Positions 49,233 through 58,221 of a stretch of DNA of 64,000 nucleotides are shown in pieces. The first letter of the stretch is position 1, and the number at the start of each line of letters is the position of its first letter. The translations under genes and the position numbers were made by a program. This DNA is from an uncultured Acidimicrobiaceae bacterium (GTDB lineage: Bacteria > Actinomycetota > Acidimicrobiia > Acidimicrobiales > RAAP-2): contig CAWKII010000001.1 in the NCBI GenBank assembly GCA_963849705.1, forward strand, positions 89,681 through 153,680. Reading direction: 5' to 3'. Below the pieces are notes generated by a model. That model was not told the DNA's origin, made no database searches, and worked only from the letters and a program-made list of their open reading frames with translations.

Positions 49233-50630
49233 TCAGGCGCGCGGGTCGATGGGCGTGAGCACGCCCACGCTCTCTTCGATCGCCTCGGCGGCGTCGAGGC
49301 AGAGGTCTTCGCGAAACAGGTCCCCAATAACCTGCACTCCCGTGGGCAGTCCGTCGGCGACTCCGGTGGCCACGCAGGCGGCCGGGAGTCCGAGCAGGTT
49401 CGCCGGGAGCACAAACCGGTAGCCCTCGATGACCTTGCGGGCGGACTCGGCGTCCTGAATGTCGTAACCCAGGGGGAAAGGGGGCTGCGTCCACACCGGC
49501 GCCACGATGAGCGGGTACGTGGTGAGGAACTCTCTCCAGGCCCTCGCGATCTCGTACCGCAATTCGAAAAGCTTCGCCATCGACTCGGTCGACGAGGAGG
49601 TCTCCACCTCCACCAGCTCCAAGAAGCGTTGCCCTCCCTCGCCCATCACCGAGGTGAGCAGCGGCGTGAGGTGCGCGAGACCGGCCCACATCAGTTCCGT
49701 CCAGGCGTTGATGGCCTCGACCACCAAGGGTGGCTCGACCTCTTCCACCTCGTAGCCCGCCTCTTCGAGCGCTCGGCCCGCCACGCGCACTCCTTCGGCT
49801 ACGTAGGGGTGCGTCTCGCCTCCCGGGGGCTCTGGGAGGAGCGCCACGCGCTTGGAGACGGGGCGCCCGTGCAAGGGCGCGTCGAGCGACTGGGGGTCGC
49901 GCTGATGGGCGCCCATCACGACTTCGAGACCGCGTCGCACGTCGCCCACGTGTCGCGCGAGCACTCCCTCCACCAACATCACCTGCGAGGTGAGGGGCAT
50001 TTCGAGCAGTGAGCTGGGGTTGCCTTGAGGAACTCGGCCACGGGAGGGCTTGATCGACGCCACGCCGCAGCAGTAGGCGGGGTTGCGCAACGAGCCGCCG
50101 ATGTCGTTGCCAAGGCCGATGGGACTCATACCCGACGCCAGCGCGGCCGCTTCCCCGCCGGAGGAGCCGCCCGCCGTGATGCCGCGACGCCAGGGATTGT
50201 GAGTCGCGCCGAAGAGGGATGATTCTGTATTGATCCGTAGACCCAGATCGGGCATGTTGGTACGCGCCAGCACGACGGCGCCCGCCGCGCGCATCCTCTC
50301 AACCGGCGGCGCGTCAGCGCTCGCCATGAGGTCCTTTAGAGCCACCGCGCCCTCATTGGTGGCGTAGCCCGCCACGTCAATGTTCACTTTGACCGTGAAG
50401 GGCACACCGTGCAGTGCGCCGAGAGGATCCCCCGACTTCAGCGCTTTGTCCGCGGCGTCGGCCTCGGCGAGCGCTTCATCGGGTCGAACTTCGACCACGG
50501 CGTTGACGTCACCGTTCACCTCGTCGATGCGCGCGAGGTGGGCGGCCACGACTTCGCGCGACGACGTTTGGCCACTTCGAATGAGTTGGGCCAGCGCGGA
50601 GGCCGACTCTTGCCACAGTTCCTTGGACAC
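49233..50630 (-). CDS. Amidase signature family protein
   Basis: LHGVPFTVK, GGSSGG and GNDIGGSLRNPA. GTG start at 50630. Confidence 0.93.
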   Translation of the reverse strand: MSKELWQESASALAQLIRSGQTSSREVVAAHLARIDEVNGDVNAVVEVRPDEALAEADAADKALKSGDPLGALHGVPFTVKVNIDVAGYATNEGAVALKDLMASADAPPVERMRAAGAVVLARTNMPDLGLRINTESSLFGATHNPWRRGITAGGSSGGEAAALASGMSPIGLGNDIGGSLRNPAYCCGVASIKPSRGRVPQGNPSSLLEMPLTSQVMLVEGVLARHVGDVRRGLEVVMGAHQRDPQSLDAPLHGRPVSKRVALLPEPPGGETHPYVAEGVRVAGRALEEAGYEVEEVEPPLVVEAINAWTELMWAGLAHLTPLLTSVMGEGGQRFLELVEVETSSSTESMAKLFELRYEIARAWREFLTTYPLIVAPVWTQPPFPLGYDIQDAESARKVIEGYRFVLPANLLGLPAACVATGVADGLPTGVQVIGDLFREDLCLDAAEAIEESVGVLTPIDPRA

Positions 50631-50690
50631 CTTTGACCCCCGAGTGCTAGTTCTCGGTAAGCCTGTCACGCTCCTCGAGGAGCGAGCCAC

Positions 50691-51527
50691 TCAGCCGAAG
50701 CGGCCCAGCGTGTAGTCGAGCGTGCGCGAGTCGTCGGGGTTGTTGAAGATCTTCTCGGTAGTGTCGAACTCGATAAGCTCACCGGCCCGGTCCTCGCCCA
50801 TCAACAAGAAGGCGCAGTCGTCAGAGATTCGAGCGGCCTGTTGCATGTTGTGGGTCACGATGACGACAGTTACGCGCTCCTTCAACGTCTTCATGAGCTC
50901 TTCGATGTGGAGGGTCGCGATGGGGTCGAGGGCGGAGGTCGGCTCGTCCATCAGCAATACCTCGGGGTCGAGGGCCAAGGCGCGCGCGATGCAGAGACGC
51001 TGTTGTTCTCCACCGGAGAGGTTCGACGCCGCAACTTTCAGTCGACTCGACACGGAGTCCCACAAGGCGGCCGAACGAAGCGAGGTCTCGGCCGACTCGT
51101 CGAGGATGGACTTCTTCTTGATGCCGTTGAAGCGAAGTCCCGAGACGACGTTGTCGTAGATCGACATGGTGGGGAAAGGATTGGGACGCTGGAACACCAT
51201 GCCCACGCGCGTGCGCAGTTCGGTCACCGTGAGGTTGCCGCGATAAATGTCGGTGCCCTCGAGGGTTATCTGACCGGTGACCTTGGCGCCGGGCGTCAAG
51301 TCGTGCAGTCGGTTCAGTGCGCGTAGCAGCGTCGTCTTACCCGAACCGGAAGGACCGATCAGGCTCGTCACGCGATTCTTCGACACATCAAAGGTGCAGT
51401 CACGCACCGCCACGCGGCCGTGAAACGCGACGGCCACATTGTTGAGCTTCATCGCGACAGGCCCGCGTACCATGGGCTCAGTTACCTGGGCCGCCTCAAT
51501 CTTCGTCTCGACACTGGTCGCGGTCAT
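50691..51527 (-). CDS. pstB: Phosphate ABC transporter ATPase
   Basis: [40 protein letters not shown] and VTHNMQQA. Alternative start at 51548. Confidence 0.97.
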   Translation of the reverse strand: MTATSVETKIEAAQVTEPMVRGPVAMKLNNVAVAFHGRVAVRDCTFDVSKNRVTSLIGPSGSGKTTLLRALNRLHDLTPGAKVTGQITLEGTDIYRGNLTVTELRTRVGMVFQRPNPFPTMSIYDNVVSGLRFNGIKKKSILDESAETSLRSAALWDSVSSRLKVAASNLSGGEQQRLCIARALALDPEVLLMDEPTSALDPIATLHIEELMKTLKERVTVVIVTHNMQQAARISDDCAFLLMGEDRAGELIEFDTTEKIFNNPDDSRTLDYTLGRFG

Positions 51528-51551
51528 GATCTCTATCTCTTGTTCCATAGT

Positions 51552-52487
51552 TTAGTTTCTAACCTGCTGCTTTCTCGAGGCCCAAATCCGGGCGGTAAGG
51601 CTCAATATAAAAACGAAGATGACCAGGACTAAGGCGATTCCCCACACCTGAGCCCGCTGGCTCGGCCACTCGGACTTGGCGTTCTCGAAAATCGCCAACG
51701 GCATGGCTGAGACCGGGTTGAAAGGCTGCCACGCGTTGGTGAACCCTCCACCGATCACGAGCAGCACGGGTGCGGTTTCACCGACCGCGCGAGAGATCGC
51801 GAGGATTACGCCGGTCACGATGCCCGTGATAGATGAGGGAAGTACGACCTTCAGGGAGACCTTGTGCGGTTTCGCGCCGAGCGCGAGTCCCGCTTCGCGC
51901 AACGAGTTCGGCACGTTACGAACGGCGATCTCGGTGGAGATGATGATGACCGGCAACATCAAGACGGCTAGCGCGAAAGAGCCCGCAATGGCCGTGAAAC
52001 CGATGTTGAGGTCGTGCACCAGAAACGAGAAAGCGAAAAGTCCCATCAGAATCGACGGCGCGCCCGCCATCGTCTGTGAGACCACGCGAAGCGACGTAGC
52101 CAACTTGGAATCGGTCTCGGCGAGGTACACGCCCACCAAAACGCCGATTGGAATGGCCATGATCGAGGCGTAGATAGTGAGCGCGATGGTGCCGACGATG
52201 GCGTTCGAGATGCCACCCGTGGCGTTCGGCGCGACCAGCGTCGGCGTCATCGGCAGCGTGGTGAAGAACTTCCAGTCGATCTGGGAAAGGCCTTTATTGA
52301 AGAGCTGGTACAACAATGCCACCAGCGGAACGGCCGCGATGAAGAGCGCCACGCCGCACAGCGCCACCATGATTTGCGACCTCAACACACGTCGCGCGCG
52401 CACGCTGTCAGAGATTCGCCGAATCTCGTCCCTCGTGCTGCGACTCGGCTCGAGGGGCGTCTCTTCGAGTTCGATCAGTTCGCTCAT
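51552..52487 (-). CDS. pstA: Phosphate ABC transporter permease
   Basis: GGISNAIVGT, GAPSI, REAGLALGA and ISRAVGETAP. Confidence 0.95.
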   Translation of the reverse strand: MSELIELEETPLEPSRSTRDEIRRISDSVRARRVLRSQIMVALCGVALFIAAVPLVALLYQLFNKGLSQIDWKFFTTLPMTPTLVAPNATGGISNAIVGTIALTIYASIMAIPIGVLVGVYLAETDSKLATSLRVVSQTMAGAPSILMGLFAFSFLVHDLNIGFTAIAGSFALAVLMLPVIIISTEIAVRNVPNSLREAGLALGAKPHKVSLKVVLPSSITGIVTGVILAISRAVGETAPVLLVIGGGFTNAWQPFNPVSAMPLAIFENAKSEWPSQRAQVWGIALVLVIFVFILSLTARIWASRKQQVRN

Positions 52488-53470
52488 ACCTTGGCCAAGA
52501 TCTTTCGCTGACGGTTCACCAGTGCGCGACTAATAAGAGCCAGGCACACGTTCAATAACATCAACAGCACACCGAGGGCCATCAGGGCGGAGATCTCATT
52601 ACCCTGTGACTCTCCGAACTCCGTGGCGATCCACGCCGCGATGGATGTCCCGGGGTAAAGCAGGTGAAATTGCGCGTCGGCCACGCTGCCGGCTACGAGC
52701 GCGACCGCGACGGTCTCTCCCGTGGCGCGAGCCAATGCCAAGAACGTGGCACCGAAAAGGCCAATCTTGGCGGTGGGCAAGACGACCTCGCGGATCATCT
52801 GCCAACGAGTCGCGCCCAGCGAGAGGCTCGCTTCCATGAGGTCTTGGGGCACGACGGCGATAACCTCGCGGCTAATCGCGACGAAGGTGGGAAGAATCAT
52901 GATGCCCAGCACGATCGAAGCGAGCAGCAGCGACGTGCCGAACTCCTGGCCGGGACTGCCAAAGATCTCTTTGGCGAAGGGCCAACTGTTGAGCCACGGG
53001 TTGACCGTGACTTCCATCCACGGCGCGATGACCAAGAGGCCCCAGAGGCCATAGACGACGCTCGGAATCGCGGCGAGCAGTTCGACCAGCGTGGCCACCA
53101 CGGTGCGAAATCGTCGTGGAATGAAAAACACAATCGAGATCGCGGTCCCGAGCCCGATGATGACCGCGATGATGAGGGCAATGAGAGAGGTCTCCAGAGT
53201 CCCCGTGATCATGGCCAAGCCACCGAAAGGCCCGTTTGGCGAGACCCAGCCCTTCCCCGTTAAGAGGGTGAAGCCGTGATGCGCCCAGGTGGGAAAGGAA
53301 CTCCAGAAGATGGTTCCGACGAAGCCCACACTGACGGCGGCGAAGAGAATCGCCGCCGTCAGCAGAAGCCAGTGATACCAGGACCGGGGAGTCGTGGTGG
53401 CGGGCTTATTGTCCGCCACCACCTCCTCGTACTCAAGTAGGCCAGCGTTGGGAATCTGATCCACGCTCAA
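52484..53470 (-). CDS. pstC: Phosphate ABC transporter permease
   Basis: ELLAAIPSVVYGLWG, EASLSLGATRWQ and ARATGET. Confidence 0.95.
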   Translation of the reverse strand: MSVDQIPNAGLLEYEEVVADNKPATTTPRSWYHWLLLTAAILFAAVSVGFVGTIFWSSFPTWAHHGFTLLTGKGWVSPNGPFGGLAMITGTLETSLIALIIAVIIGLGTAISIVFFIPRRFRTVVATLVELLAAIPSVVYGLWGLLVIAPWMEVTVNPWLNSWPFAKEIFGSPGQEFGTSLLLASIVLGIMILPTFVAISREVIAVVPQDLMEASLSLGATRWQMIREVVLPTAKIGLFGATFLALARATGETVAVALVAGSVADAQFHLLYPGTSIAAWIATEFGESQGNEISALMALGVLLMLLNVCLALISRALVNRQRKILAKV

Positions 53471-53506
53471 GCTACGTATCTCCTAGTTGTAGTTACTTCG
53501 TTACTG

Positions 53507-54841
53507 CTACGACGACTGGGTAAGGCAGACGGTGCCGCCTGAGGTCACGGTCTCGAGCTGCGCTCGGGCGTAGGCCTGGATCGCCGCGGGCAGAGGAACA
53601 TACCCTTCTGCCTTGGCGAAGGCACTCTGACCGTAGTGCGACTCCCAGTCGAGATACTTCACCGACGCCTCACACGTGGCCTCGCTCGAAATGCTCTTCG
53701 GCACAATTGCCCAGCTGTAGGTCGCGAAGGGCCACACGTCGTTACCGGGCTCGTCGGTGATGGCGAAGTTGTCCGGCGTGACACTGGTACCGGCCGCCGC
53801 CGCAGCGTTGGCGATGCTGGTCAGGCTGGGCTCAATCCACTGGCCGTTCTTGTCCTGAAGTTGGGCTACGTCGATAGCCGCGTTACCGGGGATCAAGACA
53901 TAGCTGTACTCGACGTAACCAATGGAACCGAGCGTGTTGTCGATTCCTTGAGCCATGCCCGCGTTGTTCGCGACACCGTCGATGTTGGTGGCCTTCCAGG
54001 CACCGCCGGAACCTTCCATCACCGAACCACCACTGGGCGCGATCCCCGAGTTACCGGCCTGGTAGAGCCAGTAGGTGAAGGCCTCGGTCGTGCCGGAACT
54101 TGCTGCGCGGTAGAGAACCTTGATGGTGTTTTTGGGCTCATTGGCAGTACCGAGCTCGGTTAGGGCCTGTCCCATTGTGGAACTCGCACCACCGTTCGTA
54201 GCGACGATCTGCGGGTCGGACCACTTGGTGATCGTGCCGTTGTAGATGTCGGCGACTTCGGCAGCCGTGAGCTTCAAGTTGTTGAATCCACCACCGAGGT
54301 TGTAACCAATGACGGCGCCACCGAGGAGGTACGGCACCTGCGCATAGTTGGACTCAGTGACGCCACTAGGTAGCGTCCCGGCACCTGCGGTCATGGGAAC
54401 GTCAGAGAAGCCGATGTTCAATGAACCGTTCGTAATTCCCGTTCGTCCCGATCCCGAACCACCGGCCGGGTACGCGCTGAAGCTCACTTTGCCCCCCGCG
54501 GTGTAGGCCGAGGAACCAGAGGTCGTCACGCCGACGAGCGGTGCGTCGAAGGACGAGCCGTTAATAGCGAGCGAAACGTTCGAGGGAACGACGAGGTCGA
54601 TGTCGCTCGAGGAGTTCGAGCCTTGTGAACTGGACACGACCGGCGGCTTCGGCTTCGGCTTGTGCTTCGACCAACCCTTGGGGCAGTGGCCGTTGAATCT
54701 GGCCGCCTTGTCCTTGTTAGTAACTAGCCGATAGCAGACGACTTTGTGGGTGGCCGCGCCACTTGCGGGCAAGACCGCCGCCGCCATGAGACCGGTCGCA
54801 GCGAGCGAAAGCGCCGCGATCAATCTGAGTGTTTTCTTCAT
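53507..54841 (-). CDS. pstS: Phosphate-binding protein with extra N-terminal Cys-paired module
   Basis: GSSF, GGSGSG, FSDVP, ITKWSDP, RAASSGTT and IGYVEY. Signal peptide has no lipobox. AGGAGG RBS. Confidence 0.93.
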   Translation of the reverse strand: MKKTLRLIAALSLAATGLMAAAVLPASGAATHKVVCYRLVTNKDKAARFNGHCPKGWSKHKPKPKPPVVSSSQGSNSSSDIDLVVPSNVSLAINGSSFDAPLVGVTTSGSSAYTAGGKVSFSAYPAGGSGSGRTGITNGSLNIGFSDVPMTAGAGTLPSGVTESNYAQVPYLLGGAVIGYNLGGGFNNLKLTAAEVADIYNGTITKWSDPQIVATNGGASSTMGQALTELGTANEPKNTIKVLYRAASSGTTEAFTYWLYQAGNSGIAPSGGSVMEGSGGAWKATNIDGVANNAGMAQGIDNTLGSIGYVEYSYVLIPGNAAIDVAQLQDKNGQWIEPSLTSIANAAAAAGTSVTPDNFAITDEPGNDVWPFATYSWAIVPKSISSEATCEASVKYLDWESHYGQSAFAKAEGYVPLPAAIQAYARAQLETVTSGGTVCLTQSS

Positions 54842-54927
54842 TCTGAACTTTCCTCCTAAAGAAAGGGTTTAACAACTGACTCGACGATTCGACGGTCGAA
54901 TGTTTTGCCAGATGCAACCTAGAAATA

Positions 54928-54949
54928 GAAGGTAAACGGAAGGTGAATA
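54928..54949 (-). promoter_or_regulatory. PHO-box-like tandem 11-nt direct repeat upstream of pstS
   Basis: Minus strand TATTCACCTTC/CGTTTACCTTC, followed by TAGGTT (-10-like, 54916-54921). Confidence 0.6.
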
Positions 54950-55007
54950 GGAACTACGTCCTAGGTGAAATGAAAAAGAAATCGAAGAACTTCGTAAGAA
55001 TTAGGCG

Positions 55008-55178
55008 TCAGTCACAGCAGCTGTCACGCCATCCGCACGAGGCGCAGCGAAAGTGCGCGTGCTCGGCGGCCAGGGACGATCCACAGTGGGGACACTCTTC
55101 GAAGACGGCCCAACGACTCGAGCAGATCTCGCCGACCTCGGAGAGATCTGGGGCGGTGGATGGAGTCTCGAGCGACAT
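55008..55178 (-). CDS. Small Cys-rich zinc-ribbon-like protein (56 aa)
   Basis: CPHCG....EHAHFRCASCGWRDSCCD: two CxxC knuckles plus a terminal CC. Confidence 0.65.
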   Translation of the reverse strand: MSLETPSTAPDLSEVGEICSSRWAVFEECPHCGSSLAAEHAHFRCASCGWRDSCCD

Positions 55179-55264
55179 TGTTACATTCTGCACGAGCAAT
55201 CCGGCTAAAACGGTTCATTAACCCAAAAAAATAGGCATTTCGAAGACTAGGGCAGGGATTTTTT

Positions 55265-55858
55265 CTAGGCGTTGGCGCTCAACTGCCCGCGACGGTAGTG
55301 AGTACGACAGAGAACTTGATAGTGCACCGCCCCTTCACTGACGTCACCGGTGACAAACTGCGAGCCTTGGCGGGCGACAACGCCATCGACCACACGCGCG
55401 TTGCACCGCCCTTTCTTACCGCACCAGCACGAGGACGTAAGCGGTAGTTCATGGGCCCAGTCGGCGATGGCAAAGAGCCGCGCTGAGGCCGGAAAGACGT
55501 TGAGAAGAAAGTCCGACGAGAGACCAAAGGCGTGAACGTCGACGTCGTGGTCGTCCACCAGTTGGGCGAGTTCGTCGATCTGGGAGACGCTTGCGAACTG
55601 AGCCTCGTCAATTACCAGTATCTTGACACCGCGGGCGAGAAGATCTGCCACGTTCTCCTCGAGACTGGCGCCCGGACGAACCGCCTCGGCCGCGGCTTCA
55701 ATGCCGATGCGACTCGTCACCATCCCGTCGTCACTTCGATCGCCGAAGGTCCAGAGCGCCACGTCGCTACGGCCCTCTCGGAGCTGCCAGCACAGTTGCA
55801 ACGCCAAAGTGGATTTCCCCGAGGCCATGGTCCCGTAGGTAAAAGTGAGTTCAGCCAT
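55265..55858 (-). CDS. tdk: Thymidine kinase
   Basis: GTMASGKST, IDEAQF, FGL.SDF, CWCG..NAR and YQVLCRTHY. Confidence 0.93.
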   Translation of the reverse strand: MAELTFTYGTMASGKSTLALQLCWQLREGRSDVALWTFGDRSDDGMVTSRIGIEAAAEAVRPGASLEENVADLLARGVKILVIDEAQFASVSQIDELAQLVDDHDVDVHAFGLSSDFLLNVFPASARLFAIADWAHELPLTSSCWCGKKGRCNARVVDGVVARQGSQFVTGDVSEGAVHYQVLCRTHYRRGQLSANA

Positions 55859-55954
55859 CTCTTCTTCTTTGGACGCTCCACGTTAGCGCCCGAGCACCTG
55901 CTCGACCTTTTCAACTGTCGACTTCGGGCGCGGCACCTCGGGCGCGAAGGGGCA

Positions 55955-56554
55955 CTACGCGTGCTGAAAAGAAGTGCGAGTTTCCCGGATGGCGTAATAC
56001 AGAATGACGTAGCCGGCCACGGGGTCGGCCCACCACCAACCAAGGAACTCGTTGAAGAGCAGCCCCAAAAGCACGGAGGAGGCTAGTACCCCATCAACCA
56101 TCGTGACGCGGCCCTCGGCCTTGAGAACGGCGTTCTCGAGAGACGAGCCCGTCGTCGATTTTCCCCACGCAAGCCCGAACATTGTCAGAGCCGTCAACGC
56201 CGTCCACACGACCCCCAGTGGACTGTGGTGGGGACGAAAGCCCACCGCCAGCACGACCGTACTCTGGGTCGCCAAATACAGAGCCAAGGCCAAGAAGGCG
56301 ACACCAATCATTCTCAGTGCACGCTCCTGGCGGGCACGCGCGACGTCGGCTAACTCCCACAACACCACAGTTGAGGCGCCGATTTCAATCACACTGTCGA
56401 GACCGAAACCCGCAAGTGCGACGGAACGAGCCGCGATCGCGGCGAACGCGAGAACCACGACTCCTACAACGTTCCAGCCGAGGGTGATTGCTTCTAGCCG
56501 GCGCCCTCGCCGGAGCAGAAGTCGACGTCGATTCTCACCGGGACCAAGTTCCAC
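55955..56554 (-). CDS. CDF-like cation transporter, transmembrane domain only
   Basis: SVALAGFGLDSVIE, LKAEG..T.VD and WWADP, with six hydrophobic segments. Confidence 0.8.
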   Translation of the reverse strand: MELGPGENRRRLLLRRGRRLEAITLGWNVVGVVVLAFAAIAARSVALAGFGLDSVIEIGASTVVLWELADVARARQERALRMIGVAFLALALYLATQSTVVLAVGFRPHHSPLGVVWTALTALTMFGLAWGKSTTGSSLENAVLKAEGRVTMVDGVLASSVLLGLLFNEFLGWWWADPVAGYVILYYAIRETRTSFQHA

Positions 56555-56693
56555 TTACACAAACTAAGACCGCGCTCTTCGAACGAACGGTGAATTTGCC
56601 ACCGTATTTTCGTGACGAAGGCCGGTCCTCTACTCGTCGCGCTCTAGGACTGCAGCGAATCACGAGAACTCAATGTCTCGTTAAATTGGTCCG

Positions 56694-57152
56694 ATGGAGC
56701 CACTGATGCGAGTGATCGCTTATGTGCGCAATGAGCGACGTGAACTCGTTGACGACAACTGGGATGACGTTCTCTCCACCGTCGAGTTGGCCGACGACGT
56801 GCCGACGGTCTCTCTGCAAGGTTTGGAGGAGTTCTCGCACGTCGAGATCATCTTCTTCGCTCAGCTCGCCGAAGACGTTCCGCCGGGGCCGTGGCACCGC
56901 CATCCTCGAGGAAACCCCCGGTGGCCGGACGTGGGAATCTTCGCGCAGCGCAACAAGGACCGCCCGAATCGACTCATGCTGTCCGTCGCCGCGGTGGAAC
57001 GAGTCGATGCGCGCTCGCTGGTCGTTCGAGGACTCGATGCGATCAATGACACGCCCGTACTCGATATCAAACCCGTCTATTCCTGGAGCGGGCCCCGAGG
57101 CGAACTTCGGGTCGCTTCCTGGAGTGAAGACCTCGGGAAGGACTACTTCTAA
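56694..57152 (+). CDS. TrmO/TsaA (YaeB-like) SAM-binding protein, single domain
   Basis: LQGLEEFSH, GIFAQR...RPN and GLDAINDTPVLDIKP. Confidence 0.88.
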   Translation: MEPLMRVIAYVRNERRELVDDNWDDVLSTVELADDVPTVSLQGLEEFSHVEIIFFAQLAEDVPPGPWHRHPRGNPRWPDVGIFAQRNKDRPNRLMLSVAAVERVDARSLVVRGLDAINDTPVLDIKPVYSWSGPRGELRVASWSEDLGKDYF

Positions 57153-57159
57153 TCGTCGA

Positions 57160-58092
57160 CTAGTCGCGCGTCTCGACCCACTCTCTCACTTCGTCGCGTG
57201 TAGGACACGTCGCGGGACCCAGCCGGCTGATCGACATCGCGGCCGCGGCGTTCGCCCAACGGGCCGCTTCCAGTACGTCCATCTTTTGAGCAAGCTGAGC
57301 TAAGAAGACGCCGTTGTGGACGTCACCCGCACCATTCGTGTCGACGACCGTCGTATCGAAGCCGTCGACCACTCTCGCGTCGTGGTGATTGATAGCCACC
57401 ACGCATCCCCTGGCCCCATCTCGAATCACCACGTTGAGGCGGTCGTTCATGGAGGCGAGTAACCCAGCGCTCTCCGCGACGTCGTCGCTCTTCGCCAGAT
57501 GCACGCCCTCGCTCGCGTTACAGAGCAGCCACGTCGACGAGACCAGCACCGCTTCGAGGGGCGCCTTGGGTATGTCCACCATGCGCGTCGCCGGATCGAA
57601 GGCCACGGTGACCCCTCGTGGAAGTTGAGTGAGCCAGTCCACGACGATCTCGGAGGAGTCGTGGTACATGATGTTGTAGCCCGAGACCAGCACGAAGTCG
57701 CCGTCGCGAACGTCGAGCGAGTCAAGGTCACTCGCGCGCAGCGTGGCCTCGGCACCCGGCGAGGTGACGAACGAGCGCTCGCCGTCCGGCTCCGAGAGCA
57801 CCACGCAGAGGCCGGCGTCGAGATCACGATTTCGCTCGATGGGAGTGGCGATTCCCTCGCTCTTCAGTGCCGCTTCCGCGATCGACGAGAAGGGACCCTC
57901 CCCGAGACGTCCGGCGTAGGTCACGCGGGCGTCGTGCCGAGCGGCCGCGCTCATCGCGTTAAAGCCCCCGCCGGTCGTAATGAGCTGCTCGCTCGCGAGT
58001 ACGTCGCCCGCGCGCTGTGGAAGCCGTGCAACCTTCAAAACGACGTCGATTAGCACGGTGTCAAGACAAAAGAGACGCGGCGCACTGGTCAT
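57160..58092 (-). CDS. PfkB family carbohydrate kinase
   Basis: GGGFNAM, GERSFV..PGAE and VVDTNGAGDVHNG. Confidence 0.9.
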   Translation of the reverse strand: MTSAPRLFCLDTVLIDVVLKVARLPQRAGDVLASEQLITTGGGFNAMSAAARHDARVTYAGRLGEGPFSSIAEAALKSEGIATPIERNRDLDAGLCVVLSEPDGERSFVTSPGAEATLRASDLDSLDVRDGDFVLVSGYNIMYHDSSEIVVDWLTQLPRGVTVAFDPATRMVDIPKAPLEAVLVSSTWLLCNASEGVHLAKSDDVAESAGLLASMNDRLNVVIRDGARGCVVAINHHDARVVDGFDTTVVDTNGAGDVHNGVFLAQLAQKMDVLEAARWANAAAAMSISRLGPATCPTRDEVREWVETRD

Positions 58093-58221
58093 CGCTCAAC
58101 ACCCTACCGAGGCGATTGTGAATGATCGATCGAGTGACTTGCGATCCGGGGGTCAGTCGACATCAATATTCCTTCTACAATCGACGCCAAGCGACGCACG
58201 AGGTGATCGCAAGGAGGCCCC

